Shown piece by piece: positions 1 to 7,604 of a DNA stretch of 11,632 nt; position 1 is the stretch's first letter; every line of letters begins with the position of its first letter. The stretch covers positions 1-11,632 of the forward strand of contig JBBIPN010000041.1 of assembly GCA_037442825.1 (NCBI GenBank), given 5' to 3'. The notes beneath the pieces were generated by a model. It was not told the origin of the DNA. It made no database searches and saw only the letters and a program-made list of their open reading frames with translations. Made by a program: the position numbers and the translations under genes. The stretch comes from Sulfurihydrogenibium sp. (GTDB lineage Bacteria; Aquificota; Aquificia; Aquificales; Hydrogenothermaceae).

Positions 1-1
1 T

Positions 2-1072
2 GCTGTAATTAGAAAATTATTAGGTACAGATTTAAATTTAAAAGAGTATACAGATATTGTAGCTATAGGAACGGTTGCAGATGTTGTTCCTATGTCTTTT
101 ATAAACAGGGCTCTTGTTAAAGCTGGATTAGAGCAGTTAAACAGTAAAACAAGAGTTGGTATTAAATCCCTATTTAGCGTAACATCTTTAGATAAAGATA
201 TAAACTCACAAGATATAGGATATATAATAGGACCAAGGATTAATGCAGCTGGAAGATTGGAAGATGCAAGAAAATCTGTAAAACTTTTAATAACAAAAGA
301 TGAGATAGAAGCTAAATTTATTGCAAACGATTTGGAAAATTTAAACAGAAAAAGACAAAAGTTAACAGATTTAGCATTAAGAGAAGCTGAAAAAATGATA
401 GAAAAAGAGATTCTAAACAATGTAATAGTTCTTGGAAAAGAAAATTGGCACGCTGGAGTAGTAGGAATTGTTGCTGGAAGATTAACGGAAAAATATAAAA
501 TACCCTCTTTAATATTATCTATAAACAATGGAAAAGCTGTTGGTTCAGCTCGAAGTGTTCCAAAGGTAAATATATACAAAGCTTTAGATAAGTGTAAAGA
601 CCTATTTATAAAATTTGGTGGACATTCTACTGCTGCGGGTTTATCTATAAAAACAGAAAACATAAACACACTTAAACTAAAGCTTGAAAAAGCTATAGAA
701 GATATTGCGGAAGATAAACCTTGGAGTATAAAAGAGATAGATATGGAGTTACCTCTTGACTACTGGAACAAAGAAAAAGTAAACCAACTGAAAACATTAG
801 AACCTTTTGGAGAAAAAAATCCAATTCCAAAATTTATAGGAAGAAATTTAAGGATAGATTATTTTACAAATCCAACAAGAAACTTTATAGTATTTACTCT
901 TAAAGATAAAGATGGGAAAATTTTTACTGGGAAAAATTGGAAAGGAAATGAACTTCTTAACAGACTAAGTGTTGGAATGGTTATTGATATTGTTTACACT
1001 CCTGAAATATATTGTTATAAAGGTATTGAAAGCATAGAGTTTTTAATTGACGATATAAAAATTATTCAGTAA
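2..1072 (+). CDS. recJ: Single-stranded-DNA-specific exonuclease RecJ, 5'-truncated by the window edge (true start lies upstream; ATG at 92 is internal)
   Basis: Frame is open from base 2 (AVIRKLLGTDLNLKEYTDIVAIGTVADVVP...). RecJ motifs AIGTVADVVP, IGPRINAAGRL, WHAGVVGIVAGRL, GSARS, FGGHSTAAGL (DHHA1) and LEPFGEKNPIP are present. Stop TAA at 1070-1072. Confidence 0.95.
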   Translation, partial: AVIRKLLGTDLNLKEYTDIVAIGTVADVVPMSFINRALVKAGLEQLNSKTRVGIKSLFSVTSLDKDINSQDIGYIIGPRINAAGRLEDARKSVKLLITKDEIEAKFIANDLENLNRKRQKLTDLALREAEKMIEKEILNNVIVLGKENWHAGVVGIVAGRLTEKYKIPSLILSINNGKAVGSARSVPKVNIYKALDKCKDLFIKFGGHSTAAGLSIKTENINTLKLKLEKAIEDIAEDKPWSIKEIDMELPLDYWNKEKVNQLKTLEPFGEKNPIPKFIGRNLRIDYFTNPTRNFIVFTLKDKDGKIFTGKNWKGNELLNRLSVGMVIDIVYTPEIYCYKGIESIEFLIDDIKIIQ

Positions 1073-2798
1073 AGATATATTCATCTTTATACCATCCCCA
1101 TACTGTTGGAAATAAATTTTTTACTTTATTCCTAACAGCTACCATCTCTTGAGGAGCAACTATAAATATCATAGGTTGGTACTCTCCAATTATTCTAAAT
1201 GCTTCCATATAAAGTTTATCTCTTTTCCTTTGATCTAATTCAACAGCTGCAAGATTAAACAGTTTATCTACTTGAGCTTCCCAGTAGGTAGCAGGTCTCT
1301 CCTGTTTAGGATTCCACATATGCATATGACCTGAAGACAACCAAACATTTTGGCCAAAAAACGGATCCATACTACCAGTAAGACCTATTATTACAGCTTC
1401 AAAATCATAATTAGACATTAGCTTAGTAACAAGGTTATTAAAATCAAGCCCTTGAAAATTAACTTCTATTCCTATTTTTCTTAAATCTTCTTTTATGATA
1501 TTACCTATAGCTTCTCTCTCTTTATTTCCAGCGTTTGTTATAAGTGTAAAACTCAACTTATGACCTTCATTATCGTATAGAAAACCATCCTTACCTTCTA
1601 TAAAACCTATAGATAAAAGAATATCCTTTGCTTTTTTCAAATCATAAGGGTATTTAGGATAAAAATTTTCATTATATAATCTTTTATTTGCAGGTGTTAC
1701 TGCTGTGTATATAGGTGTTGCAAGACCATTGTACACAATATTTTTAATACCTTCCCTATCTACTGCATAAGATATAGCTTGTCTAAATTTTTCATTTTGG
1801 AACCACTTTAGTTTATACTTTTCTATTGGAGCTTTTGGATTTTGATTAAAAAACATAAAAAGATTAGAAGGTGTTGCTCCAAGATTGTATATCTTAAAAC
1901 CACCAGTTTTTGATTTTTCTATCAATTTTGCTAAATCTGAAGCTCTAACACCGTATATATCTATCTCACCAGATAAGAATTTTACAAGGGCAACATCTGG
2001 ATCCTTTATAATTTGAGATTTTATAGAAACTATGTAAGGTAACTTTTGACCTTTTTCATCTTTCTCCCAATAATACTCATTATGTTGATAAACTACATAC
2101 TGTCCTTGAACATATTTAACAAGTTTATAAGGTCCTGTACCTATAATCTCATTTGGATTGGTACTTACATTCCAAACAGTAGGAAACTTTCCTTCTTTTA
2201 CTGATTTTTCTAAAATATGTTTTGGTAAAATCGGTTGTGAAACTGCAGATAAAAATACAGCAAAAGGTTTTGGTAATATAAACTGAACTGTTTTATCATC
2301 TATCTTTTCAACTTTAAAAGGTTTACCTTCTACTGTTAAAACATCTTTTGATGATGAAGGTATTTTATCATTATAGTAAATTTGATTGTAAGTAAAAACA
2401 ACATCATCTGCTGTTACAGGTTTTCCATCAAACCATTTAGCGTCCCTTAAATGAAATTTCCATTTTATTCCTGTTTTGTCTACTTCCCATTTCTCAGCCA
2501 AATCAGGTTCTGGTAAAAGTGTTTTTACATTTGTTTTTGTTAAACCATTAAACAACGCTCCAATTATAGCTGTAGAACTTGTTTCTTGTGCTATAACTGG
2601 ATTTAATGTCTTTGCATCACCAGATAAATACCTTTTTAAATCTCCACCTTCTATACCAATTTCTGGTTCTAAGTTAGATATATCCAAATTTAATATAGCT
2701 GGTTCTGTATTGGTAAGATTTGGTTTTATTAAGTAAAAAGGTAAAAAACCAACTACTATCAAAAATAAAGCTATTGCTAAATATCTTATATTTCTCAT
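1062..2798 (-). CDS. ABC transporter substrate-binding protein, family 5 (OppA/DppA/NikA-like), with N-terminal hydrophobic anchor or signal
   Basis: 578 aa. Family-5 signature PDLAEKWEV...WKFHLRDAKWFDGKPVTADDVVFTY, plus IGTGPYKL and FRQAISYAVDRE. N-terminal hydrophobic helix with no lipobox cysteine. Confidence 0.92.
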   Translation of the reverse strand: MRNIRYLAIALFLIVVGFLPFYLIKPNLTNTEPAILNLDISNLEPEIGIEGGDLKRYLSGDAKTLNPVIAQETSSTAIIGALFNGLTKTNVKTLLPEPDLAEKWEVDKTGIKWKFHLRDAKWFDGKPVTADDVVFTYNQIYYNDKIPSSSKDVLTVEGKPFKVEKIDDKTVQFILPKPFAVFLSAVSQPILPKHILEKSVKEGKFPTVWNVSTNPNEIIGTGPYKLVKYVQGQYVVYQHNEYYWEKDEKGQKLPYIVSIKSQIIKDPDVALVKFLSGEIDIYGVRASDLAKLIEKSKTGGFKIYNLGATPSNLFMFFNQNPKAPIEKYKLKWFQNEKFRQAISYAVDREGIKNIVYNGLATPIYTAVTPANKRLYNENFYPKYPYDLKKAKDILLSIGFIEGKDGFLYDNEGHKLSFTLITNAGNKEREAIGNIIKEDLRKIGIEVNFQGLDFNNLVTKLMSNYDFEAVIIGLTGSMDPFFGQNVWLSSGHMHMWNPKQERPATYWEAQVDKLFNLAAVELDQRKRDKLYMEAFRIIGEYQPMIFIVAPQEMVAVRNKVKNLFPTVWGWYKDEYIFTE

Positions 2799-2801
2799 CG
2801 T

Positions 2802-3494
2802 TTATACTTTTCCAAATCTTCTATCCCTACTTTGATAGTCATACAAAGCTTTTAAAAATTCCTCTTCATCAAAGTCAGGCCATAAAACATCAGTAAAGTA
2901 AAGTTCAGTATAGGAAAGTTGCCAAAGTAGGAAGTTTGATATTCTTTTTTCTCCACTGGTTCTTATCATTAAATCTGGGTCTGGTATCTCTGGAAGGTAG
3001 AGAAATTTTCTAAAACTTTCTTCATTTACCTTTTCTATACCTAATTTTATAACTTTATTTACTGCATCTACTATTTCAGATTTACCACTGTAATTTATTG
3101 TAATTACAACTGTCATACTTTTACAATGGCTCGTTTCATTTTCTCCTTTTTCCATTGCTTTTAAAACATCATCTGAAAGTCCTTCTTTTCTTCCCATAAA
3201 TAAAATTCTAATATCATTTTCAACTAAAAAAGAAAGTTTACTATTTATATATTCAACAAAAAGAGAAAATATTGCATTTACTTCTTCTTTTGGCCTTTGC
3301 CAGTTTTCTGTAGAAAATGCAAAAAGTGTAAGATATTCAATCCCTACTTTTTTAGCAAACGTCATAGCTCTTTCTACCGCTTTTATTCCTTCCCTATGTC
3401 CAAAAACTCTATCCAAACCTCTTTTCTTTGCCCATCTACCATTGCCATCCATTATGATGGCAACATGTTTTGGTATCTTAAAAAGATTTTCCAT
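2802..3494 (-). CDS. uppS: Undecaprenyl diphosphate synthase (cis-isoprenyltransferase)
   Basis: Motifs PKHVAIIMDGNGRWA, FAFSTENW, PDPDLMIRTSGEKRISNFLLWQLSYTELYF and C-terminal RDRRFG. Confidence 0.96.
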   Translation of the reverse strand: MENLFKIPKHVAIIMDGNGRWAKKRGLDRVFGHREGIKAVERAMTFAKKVGIEYLTLFAFSTENWQRPKEEVNAIFSLFVEYINSKLSFLVENDIRILFMGRKEGLSDDVLKAMEKGENETSHCKSMTVVITINYSGKSEIVDAVNKVIKLGIEKVNEESFRKFLYLPEIPDPDLMIRTSGEKRISNFLLWQLSYTELYFTDVLWPDFDEEEFLKALYDYQSRDRRFGKV

Positions 3495-4198
3495 TATTCA
3501 ATAAATTGAAGTTTTTTCTTAGCTAAAGTAGCTGGTTCTGTATCAGGAAATTTCTTTATTAAATCTTCTAAGTATGTTTTTGCCTTCTCTTTATCCCCAA
3601 GTTCTAAATAAGAATATCCAAGTTTTAACATAGCATCTGGATATTTAACACATTTTTTAATCTTACCTTCATCACATTTTTTAAGAAATATTTCCCATAC
3701 ATCAATTGCATCTTTATATTTTTTTTCAGCATAGAACGTTTGTCCCGCCCAAAAGATAGCATTACCATAAAGGTCAGAATCTGGATACTTTTTCAAAAAT
3801 TCAACAAAAAGTTTTCTTGACTCTTCAATATTTCCTTTAAAATATAAATCAAGGGCATACTGATAAAGCTGTTTGTCATTTTCAGGAATAGTTACCTCTT
3901 CTTTACCTTCTTTTTTTATTTCCTGTGGTGGTTGTGGTTGTGAAGGTATTGATGTTTGTGTTTTTGAAAGCTTTAATTTTTCTATGTCTGTTGTATTATC
4001 AGCTACTTTTTGAGATATTTTATCAACTCTCTGATTCAATTCCTTAATATCCTCACTATTTTTATTTGTCTTATCTTTTATTTCATTAATCTCTTGCCTT
4101 AAACTTAAAATTTCCCTCTGTAGAGTAACTATCTTATCTTCTGGTGCGCAAGAAAATAAAAATATACAACCCATTCCCAAAGTTACTATTTTTTTCAT
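3494..4198 (-). CDS. cpoB: CpoB/YbgF-like periplasmic TPR protein, predicted lipoprotein
   Basis: Lipobox-like signal (MKK...IFLFSC), N-terminal coiled coil, Pro/Gln linker, and C-terminal TPRs with YPDS..GNAIFWAGQ, PDAMLKLG and LIKKFPDTEPA typical of YbgF. SD AGGAGG at 4205-4210 (-). Stop overlaps the uppS start (TAATG). Confidence 0.8.
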   Translation of the reverse strand: MKKIVTLGMGCIFLFSCAPEDKIVTLQREILSLRQEINEIKDKTNKNSEDIKELNQRVDKISQKVADNTTDIEKLKLSKTQTSIPSQPQPPQEIKKEGKEEVTIPENDKQLYQYALDLYFKGNIEESRKLFVEFLKKYPDSDLYGNAIFWAGQTFYAEKKYKDAIDVWEIFLKKCDEGKIKKCVKYPDAMLKLGYSYLELGDKEKAKTYLEDLIKKFPDTEPATLAKKKLQFIE

Positions 4199-4208
4199 TT
4201 TTTACCTC

Positions 4209-4403
4209 CTACTTAAAGAAAAATTTAAATATTATGAAGCCTGATGTTATTCCTAAAAATATTATAAAAAGTTCTCCTAAGAGAAGAAATGGATTTGAAA
4301 GGTTAAATAAATACTTATCAAATAAAAATGCAAAAAATGGTAAAGACATTAAAAATGTTAAAAACACTATAATAGAAACTGGATTTTTAAAAAGTTTCTT
4401 CAC
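4209..4403 (-). CDS. Small two-transmembrane hypothetical protein (64 aa)
   Basis: GTG start preceded by AAGGA, two hydrophobic segments, and a TAG stop embedded in the cpoB SD (TAGGAGG). It sits just downstream of the minus-strand promoter candidate. Confidence 0.6.
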   Translation of the reverse strand: MKKLFKNPVSIIVFLTFLMSLPFFAFLFDKYLFNLSNPFLLLGELFIIFLGITSGFIIFKFFFK

Positions 4404-4431
4404 TTTTTATCCTTAAAAAAAATTAATTACT

Positions 4432-4440
4432 ATTATAACA
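4432..4440 (-). promoter_or_regulatory. Extended -10 promoter element (TGTTATAAT) for the minus-strand operon
   Basis: Plus-strand ATTATAACA reads TG-T-TATAAT on the minus strand, 28 bp upstream of the GTG at 4403. Confidence 0.6.
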
Positions 4441-4447
4441 CTTTAAA

Positions 4448-4456
4448 TGATATAAT
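4448..4456 (+). promoter_or_regulatory. Extended -10 promoter element (TGATATAAT) for pgpA-purM-purN
   Basis: TG-A-TATAAT followed by SD AGGGAG (4471-4476) and ATG at 4482. Confidence 0.62.
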
Positions 4457-4481
4457 ATTTTAAAAATTTTAGGGAGATTCA

Positions 4482-4964
4482 ATGAGTTTAAAAGACAAAA
4501 TAGCGCTTTTTTTAGCTACCTCATTTTTTTTAGGTAAGTTTCCTATTGCACCTGGGACTATTGGGACATTAGGAGCTATTCCTTTTTTCTATCTTTATTG
4601 GGATAAAGGTTTATTAGCTCAAGTTTCTATAACATTATCTGTTTTTCTTGTAGGTATATGGGCTTCTTATGAAGTTAGCCAAAAGTACAATGAAAAAGAC
4701 CCTTCTTTTGTTACAATAGATGAAATAGCTGGTTATATGGTAACAATGCTTGGAATAAATTTGTCACAAACACCGTTAAACCAAGCTTTAGTTTATTTTT
4801 TACTTGGATTTGTAATATTTAGAATTATTGATATTTTAAAACCTCCCCCAATAAAAACTTTAGAAAAATATCCTATGGGTATTGGAATAATGATAGATGA
4901 CATTTTAGCTGGTGTTTATAGTTGGATTATTCTTCATTCTTTAATATACATTTTTAAATTTTAG
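4482..4964 (+). CDS. pgpA: Phosphatidylglycerophosphatase A
   Basis: Motifs G..PIAPGTIGTL, DPSFVTIDEIAG, FRIIDILKPPPI and GIGIMIDDILAG; hydrophobic, 160 aa. Confidence 0.93.
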   Translation: MSLKDKIALFLATSFFLGKFPIAPGTIGTLGAIPFFYLYWDKGLLAQVSITLSVFLVGIWASYEVSQKYNEKDPSFVTIDEIAGYMVTMLGINLSQTPLNQALVYFLLGFVIFRIIDILKPPPIKTLEKYPMGIGIMIDDILAGVYSWIILHSLIYIFKF

Positions 4965-4977
4965 GTTTAGGTGAGAG

Positions 4978-6000
4978 ATGATAACATACAAAGACGCAGG
5001 CGTAGATATAGAAAAAGCAGATAAATTTGTAGAAGAGATTAAAGGATTTGTTCAAAAGACATTTAGTTCAAATGTTATTACACCGATCGGAGGCTTCGCA
5101 TCTGCTTACCTTATGGATATAAAAAACTATAAAAATCCTGTTATAACTTCTTCAACAGATGGAGTTGGAACAAAGCTAAAAATAGCTCAACAGTTAGATA
5201 AACATGATACCATAGGTATAGACCTTGTTGCTATGTGTGTAAACGATTTAGTTACCACAACTTCAAAACCATTATTTTTCCTTGATTACTTTGCAACAGG
5301 CAAACTAAAACCAGAAACAGCTGTAGATGTCGTTAAAGGTATAGCAAAAGGTTGTGAAATTTCTAGATGCAGTTTAGTAGGTGGGGAAACTGCAGAAATG
5401 CCAGGTATGTATAAAGAAGGGGAGTATGACCTTGCAGGTTTTGCTGTTGGCGTTGTAGAAAAAGAAAAAATGGTTGATGGAAGTAAAACAGAAAAGGGAG
5501 ATATATTGATTGGAATAGCATCTTCAGGTGTTCATAGCAATGGCTACTCCTTAGTAAGAAAATTAATAGAAGTAAAAAACTATAAGTACAGTAATTATAT
5601 AGAAGAGTTTGGAAAAACAATAGGAGAAGAACTACTAACACCTACAAAAATATACGTAAATACTATATTAACATTGGCTGAAAAGATTAATATAAAAGCT
5701 ATTGCACATATAACAGGTGGTGGAATTCCAGGAAACCTTATAAGAGTTATAAACCCTGGTCTAAAAGCTATTATAGAAGAAGGGTCTTGGGAAGTAATAC
5801 CTGTATTTAAATGGATACAAAAAGAAGGAAATATTCCAAAAGAAGAGATGTATAAAACATTCAACATGGGTATAGGAATGATTATAGCGATAGACAAAAA
5901 AGATGAAAAAGAAGCGATAGAGATTCTTAAAAATCTTGGAGAAAAACCTTCTGTAATAGGTTACCTTGAAGAAGGTGAAAAAAGCGTAAATATTGTATAA
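4978..6000 (+). CDS. purM: Phosphoribosylformylglycinamidine cyclo-ligase (AIR synthetase)
   Basis: YKDAGVDI, STDGVGTKL, DLVAMCVND, GGETAEMPG, SSGVHSNGYSL, HITGGG and TFNMGIG motifs. Confidence 0.98.
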   Translation: MITYKDAGVDIEKADKFVEEIKGFVQKTFSSNVITPIGGFASAYLMDIKNYKNPVITSSTDGVGTKLKIAQQLDKHDTIGIDLVAMCVNDLVTTTSKPLFFLDYFATGKLKPETAVDVVKGIAKGCEISRCSLVGGETAEMPGMYKEGEYDLAGFAVGVVEKEKMVDGSKTEKGDILIGIASSGVHSNGYSLVRKLIEVKNYKYSNYIEEFGKTIGEELLTPTKIYVNTILTLAEKINIKAIAHITGGGIPGNLIRVINPGLKAIIEEGSWEVIPVFKWIQKEGNIPKEEMYKTFNMGIGMIIAIDKKDEKEAIEILKNLGEKPSVIGYLEEGEKSVNIV

Positions 6001-6009
6001 GGAATTATA

Positions 6010-6663
6010 ATGTCAAAAAATATTGTTGTTTTAATATCAGGAAGAGGTTCAAATCTTAAAGCCATACTAAAAGCTATAGAAGAAAAAAAGATAGATGCTA
6101 ATGTTTCTTTAGTTCTTTCTAATAAAAAAGATGCAAAAGGTTTAGAGATAGCAAAAGAGTATGGAATAAAAACTAAATTTATAGATCCTTCTTTTTTTGA
6201 AACAAGAAGAGGTTATGATATATACATAAGTGAGTTAATAAAAAAAGAGAATCCTTTTCTAATTGTATTGGCTGGCTATATGAGAATACTTAGCGAAGAG
6301 TTTATAGATACCTTTGAAGGTAAAATAGTAAATATACATCCATCATTAGTCCCTGCCTTCCAAGGTAAAAATGCTCAAAAACAAGCTTTAGAATATGGTT
6401 CTTTAATAACAGGTTGTTCTGTCCATTTTGTAACAAAAGAGTTAGATAACGGACCTGTTATAATTCAAGCAGCTATTCCTATTTTACCTACAGATGATGA
6501 AAAAAGTTTATCAGAAAGGATTATACATTACGAGCATAGAATATACCCCCAAGCTATAAAATGGATAGTTGATGGAAGAGTAGAAATCAATGGTAGAAAA
6601 GTAAAAGTTAAAGATGCAAAGTATGGCAGTATACCTGTAAATCCATCCCTTGAAGATTTTTAA
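6010..6663 (+). CDS. purN: Phosphoribosylglycinamide formyltransferase
   Basis: LISGRGSNL, LAGYMRIL, NIHPSL, GCSVHFV..ELDNGP and EHRIYP motifs; directly after purM. Confidence 0.97.
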   Translation: MSKNIVVLISGRGSNLKAILKAIEEKKIDANVSLVLSNKKDAKGLEIAKEYGIKTKFIDPSFFETRRGYDIYISELIKKENPFLIVLAGYMRILSEEFIDTFEGKIVNIHPSLVPAFQGKNAQKQALEYGSLITGCSVHFVTKELDNGPVIIQAAIPILPTDDEKSLSERIIHYEHRIYPQAIKWIVDGRVEINGRKVKVKDAKYGSIPVNPSLEDF

Positions 6664-6677
6664 AAAAAGTGTATAAT
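6650..6677 (+). promoter_or_regulatory. Sigma70-type promoter candidate for the polyferredoxin gene (-35 TTGAAG at 6650-6655 inside the purN 3' end, 16-bp spacer, -10 TATAAT at 6672-6677)
   Basis: Perfect -10 and a 4/6 match to the -35 consensus, read directly from sequence. Confidence 0.5.
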
Positions 6678-6686
6678 AAAGTTAGC

Positions 6687-6715
6687 ATTTATTAACCTTG
6701 GAGGTTAAAATAAAT
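6687..6715 (+). promoter_or_regulatory. Inverted repeat overlapping the Shine-Dalgarno site (TTAACCT-TGG-AGGTTAA, extendable by ATTTA/TAAAT)
   Basis: Perfect 7-3-7 palindrome at 6692-6708 containing SD GGAGG (6700-6704). The repeat is certain; its function is inferred. Confidence 0.5.
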
Positions 6716-6716
6716 T

Positions 6717-7592
6717 ATGGAAGCAATAGTAGAAAAAAGCTGTCCTCAACTATCATATTTTGAGAAAAATAAATTTACAATTTTACGAAATATTGCATAT
6801 TTGGTGGTTATTTTCTTACTTATTATTATTCCTATTTTAAAAGTTGTAAAAATTGATATTGCTAGAAATGAAGCTTTTATATTTGGAAAATCCGTATCTC
6901 TCTCTGAAGGTTTAGCTCCAGTAATTTTTGCTCTTGGTATTTTCTCTATACTTGTAATTGTATTAAACTTAGTTCTTGGTAGAGTTTTCTGTGGTTGGAT
7001 ATGCCCTGGTGGTTGGTTTGCAGAATTACAAGAAAAAGTTAGAAAAATGACATGGACCCCAACTTCTCCAAGTACAAGTAAAATGCTTTATATAGTATTT
7101 ACATTATTTACATCTGTACTGTTTTCATTGTTATTTTTAAACTGGGTTACAGATTTAAGAGTCTTTTTTTACAAAACAAACCCTTCTTTTATACCAATAT
7201 GGCTCGTATTTTTAGGAATGACTGGAATATTTTATTTTGAACTTTTTATTGGAAAAAGATGGTGTAGAGTTTTCTGCCCTACTGGTATATACCAAAAGAT
7301 AACACCTTACTACCATATATATAAACCTACACTTGTAAATGTAGATGCATGCACAGACTGTAGAGAGTGTGTAAAAAACTGTCCTATGGCTTTAGATCCA
7401 CGAAGGATGGCTTATATACAAGACTTCTACAAAGGTATAGCAGCATGTATAGAGTGTTATAACTGTATCGATTCTTGTACTAAGGCCCAATCCGAAAAAT
7501 GTTTACCAGTTGCTATGGGTATTGTTAAAGAACTTCCACAAAGAGACCCAGACTTCATATCTGGTAAATCACTGAACAAGCAACAAAATTAA
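6717..7592 (+). CDS. Membrane-bound 4Fe-4S polyferredoxin, FixG/CcoG(RdxA)/NapH superfamily
   Basis: About four TM segments, two CX3CP motifs (GRVFCGWICP, RWCRVFCP) and two ferredoxin motifs (CTDCRECVKNCP, CIECYNCIDSC). Confidence 0.85.
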   Translation: MEAIVEKSCPQLSYFEKNKFTILRNIAYLVVIFLLIIIPILKVVKIDIARNEAFIFGKSVSLSEGLAPVIFALGIFSILVIVLNLVLGRVFCGWICPGGWFAELQEKVRKMTWTPTSPSTSKMLYIVFTLFTSVLFSLLFLNWVTDLRVFFYKTNPSFIPIWLVFLGMTGIFYFELFIGKRWCRVFCPTGIYQKITPYYHIYKPTLVNVDACTDCRECVKNCPMALDPRRMAYIQDFYKGIAACIECYNCIDSCTKAQSEKCLPVAMGIVKELPQRDPDFISGKSLNKQQN

Positions 7593-7604
7593 TTTATATA
7601 TATT

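Noticed and set aside
92..94. ATG given as the recJ start in the ORF track
   Set aside because: The frame is open from base 2 and includes the conserved AIGTVADVVP motif upstream, so this ATG is internal.
2476..2736. 86-aa plus-strand ORF
   Set aside because: Antisense shadow inside the SBP gene; TTG start, no SD or recognisable motif.
3297..3509. 70-aa plus-strand ORF with CxxCxxC-like start
   Set aside because: Antisense to the highly conserved uppS; the cysteines are a by-product of the opposite frame.
3924..3942. Short TGGTTG-like repeat
   Set aside because: Explained by the PSQPQPPQ linker codons of cpoB.
4144..4416. 90-aa Lys/Asn-rich plus-strand ORF
   Set aside because: Antisense to the cpoB start and the 64-aa ORF. 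Its composition mirrors Phe/Leu codons on the other strand, and the SD and promoter evidence favours the minus strand.
5363..5897. Two minus-strand ORFs (92 and 100 aa)
   Set aside because: Antisense shadows within purM.
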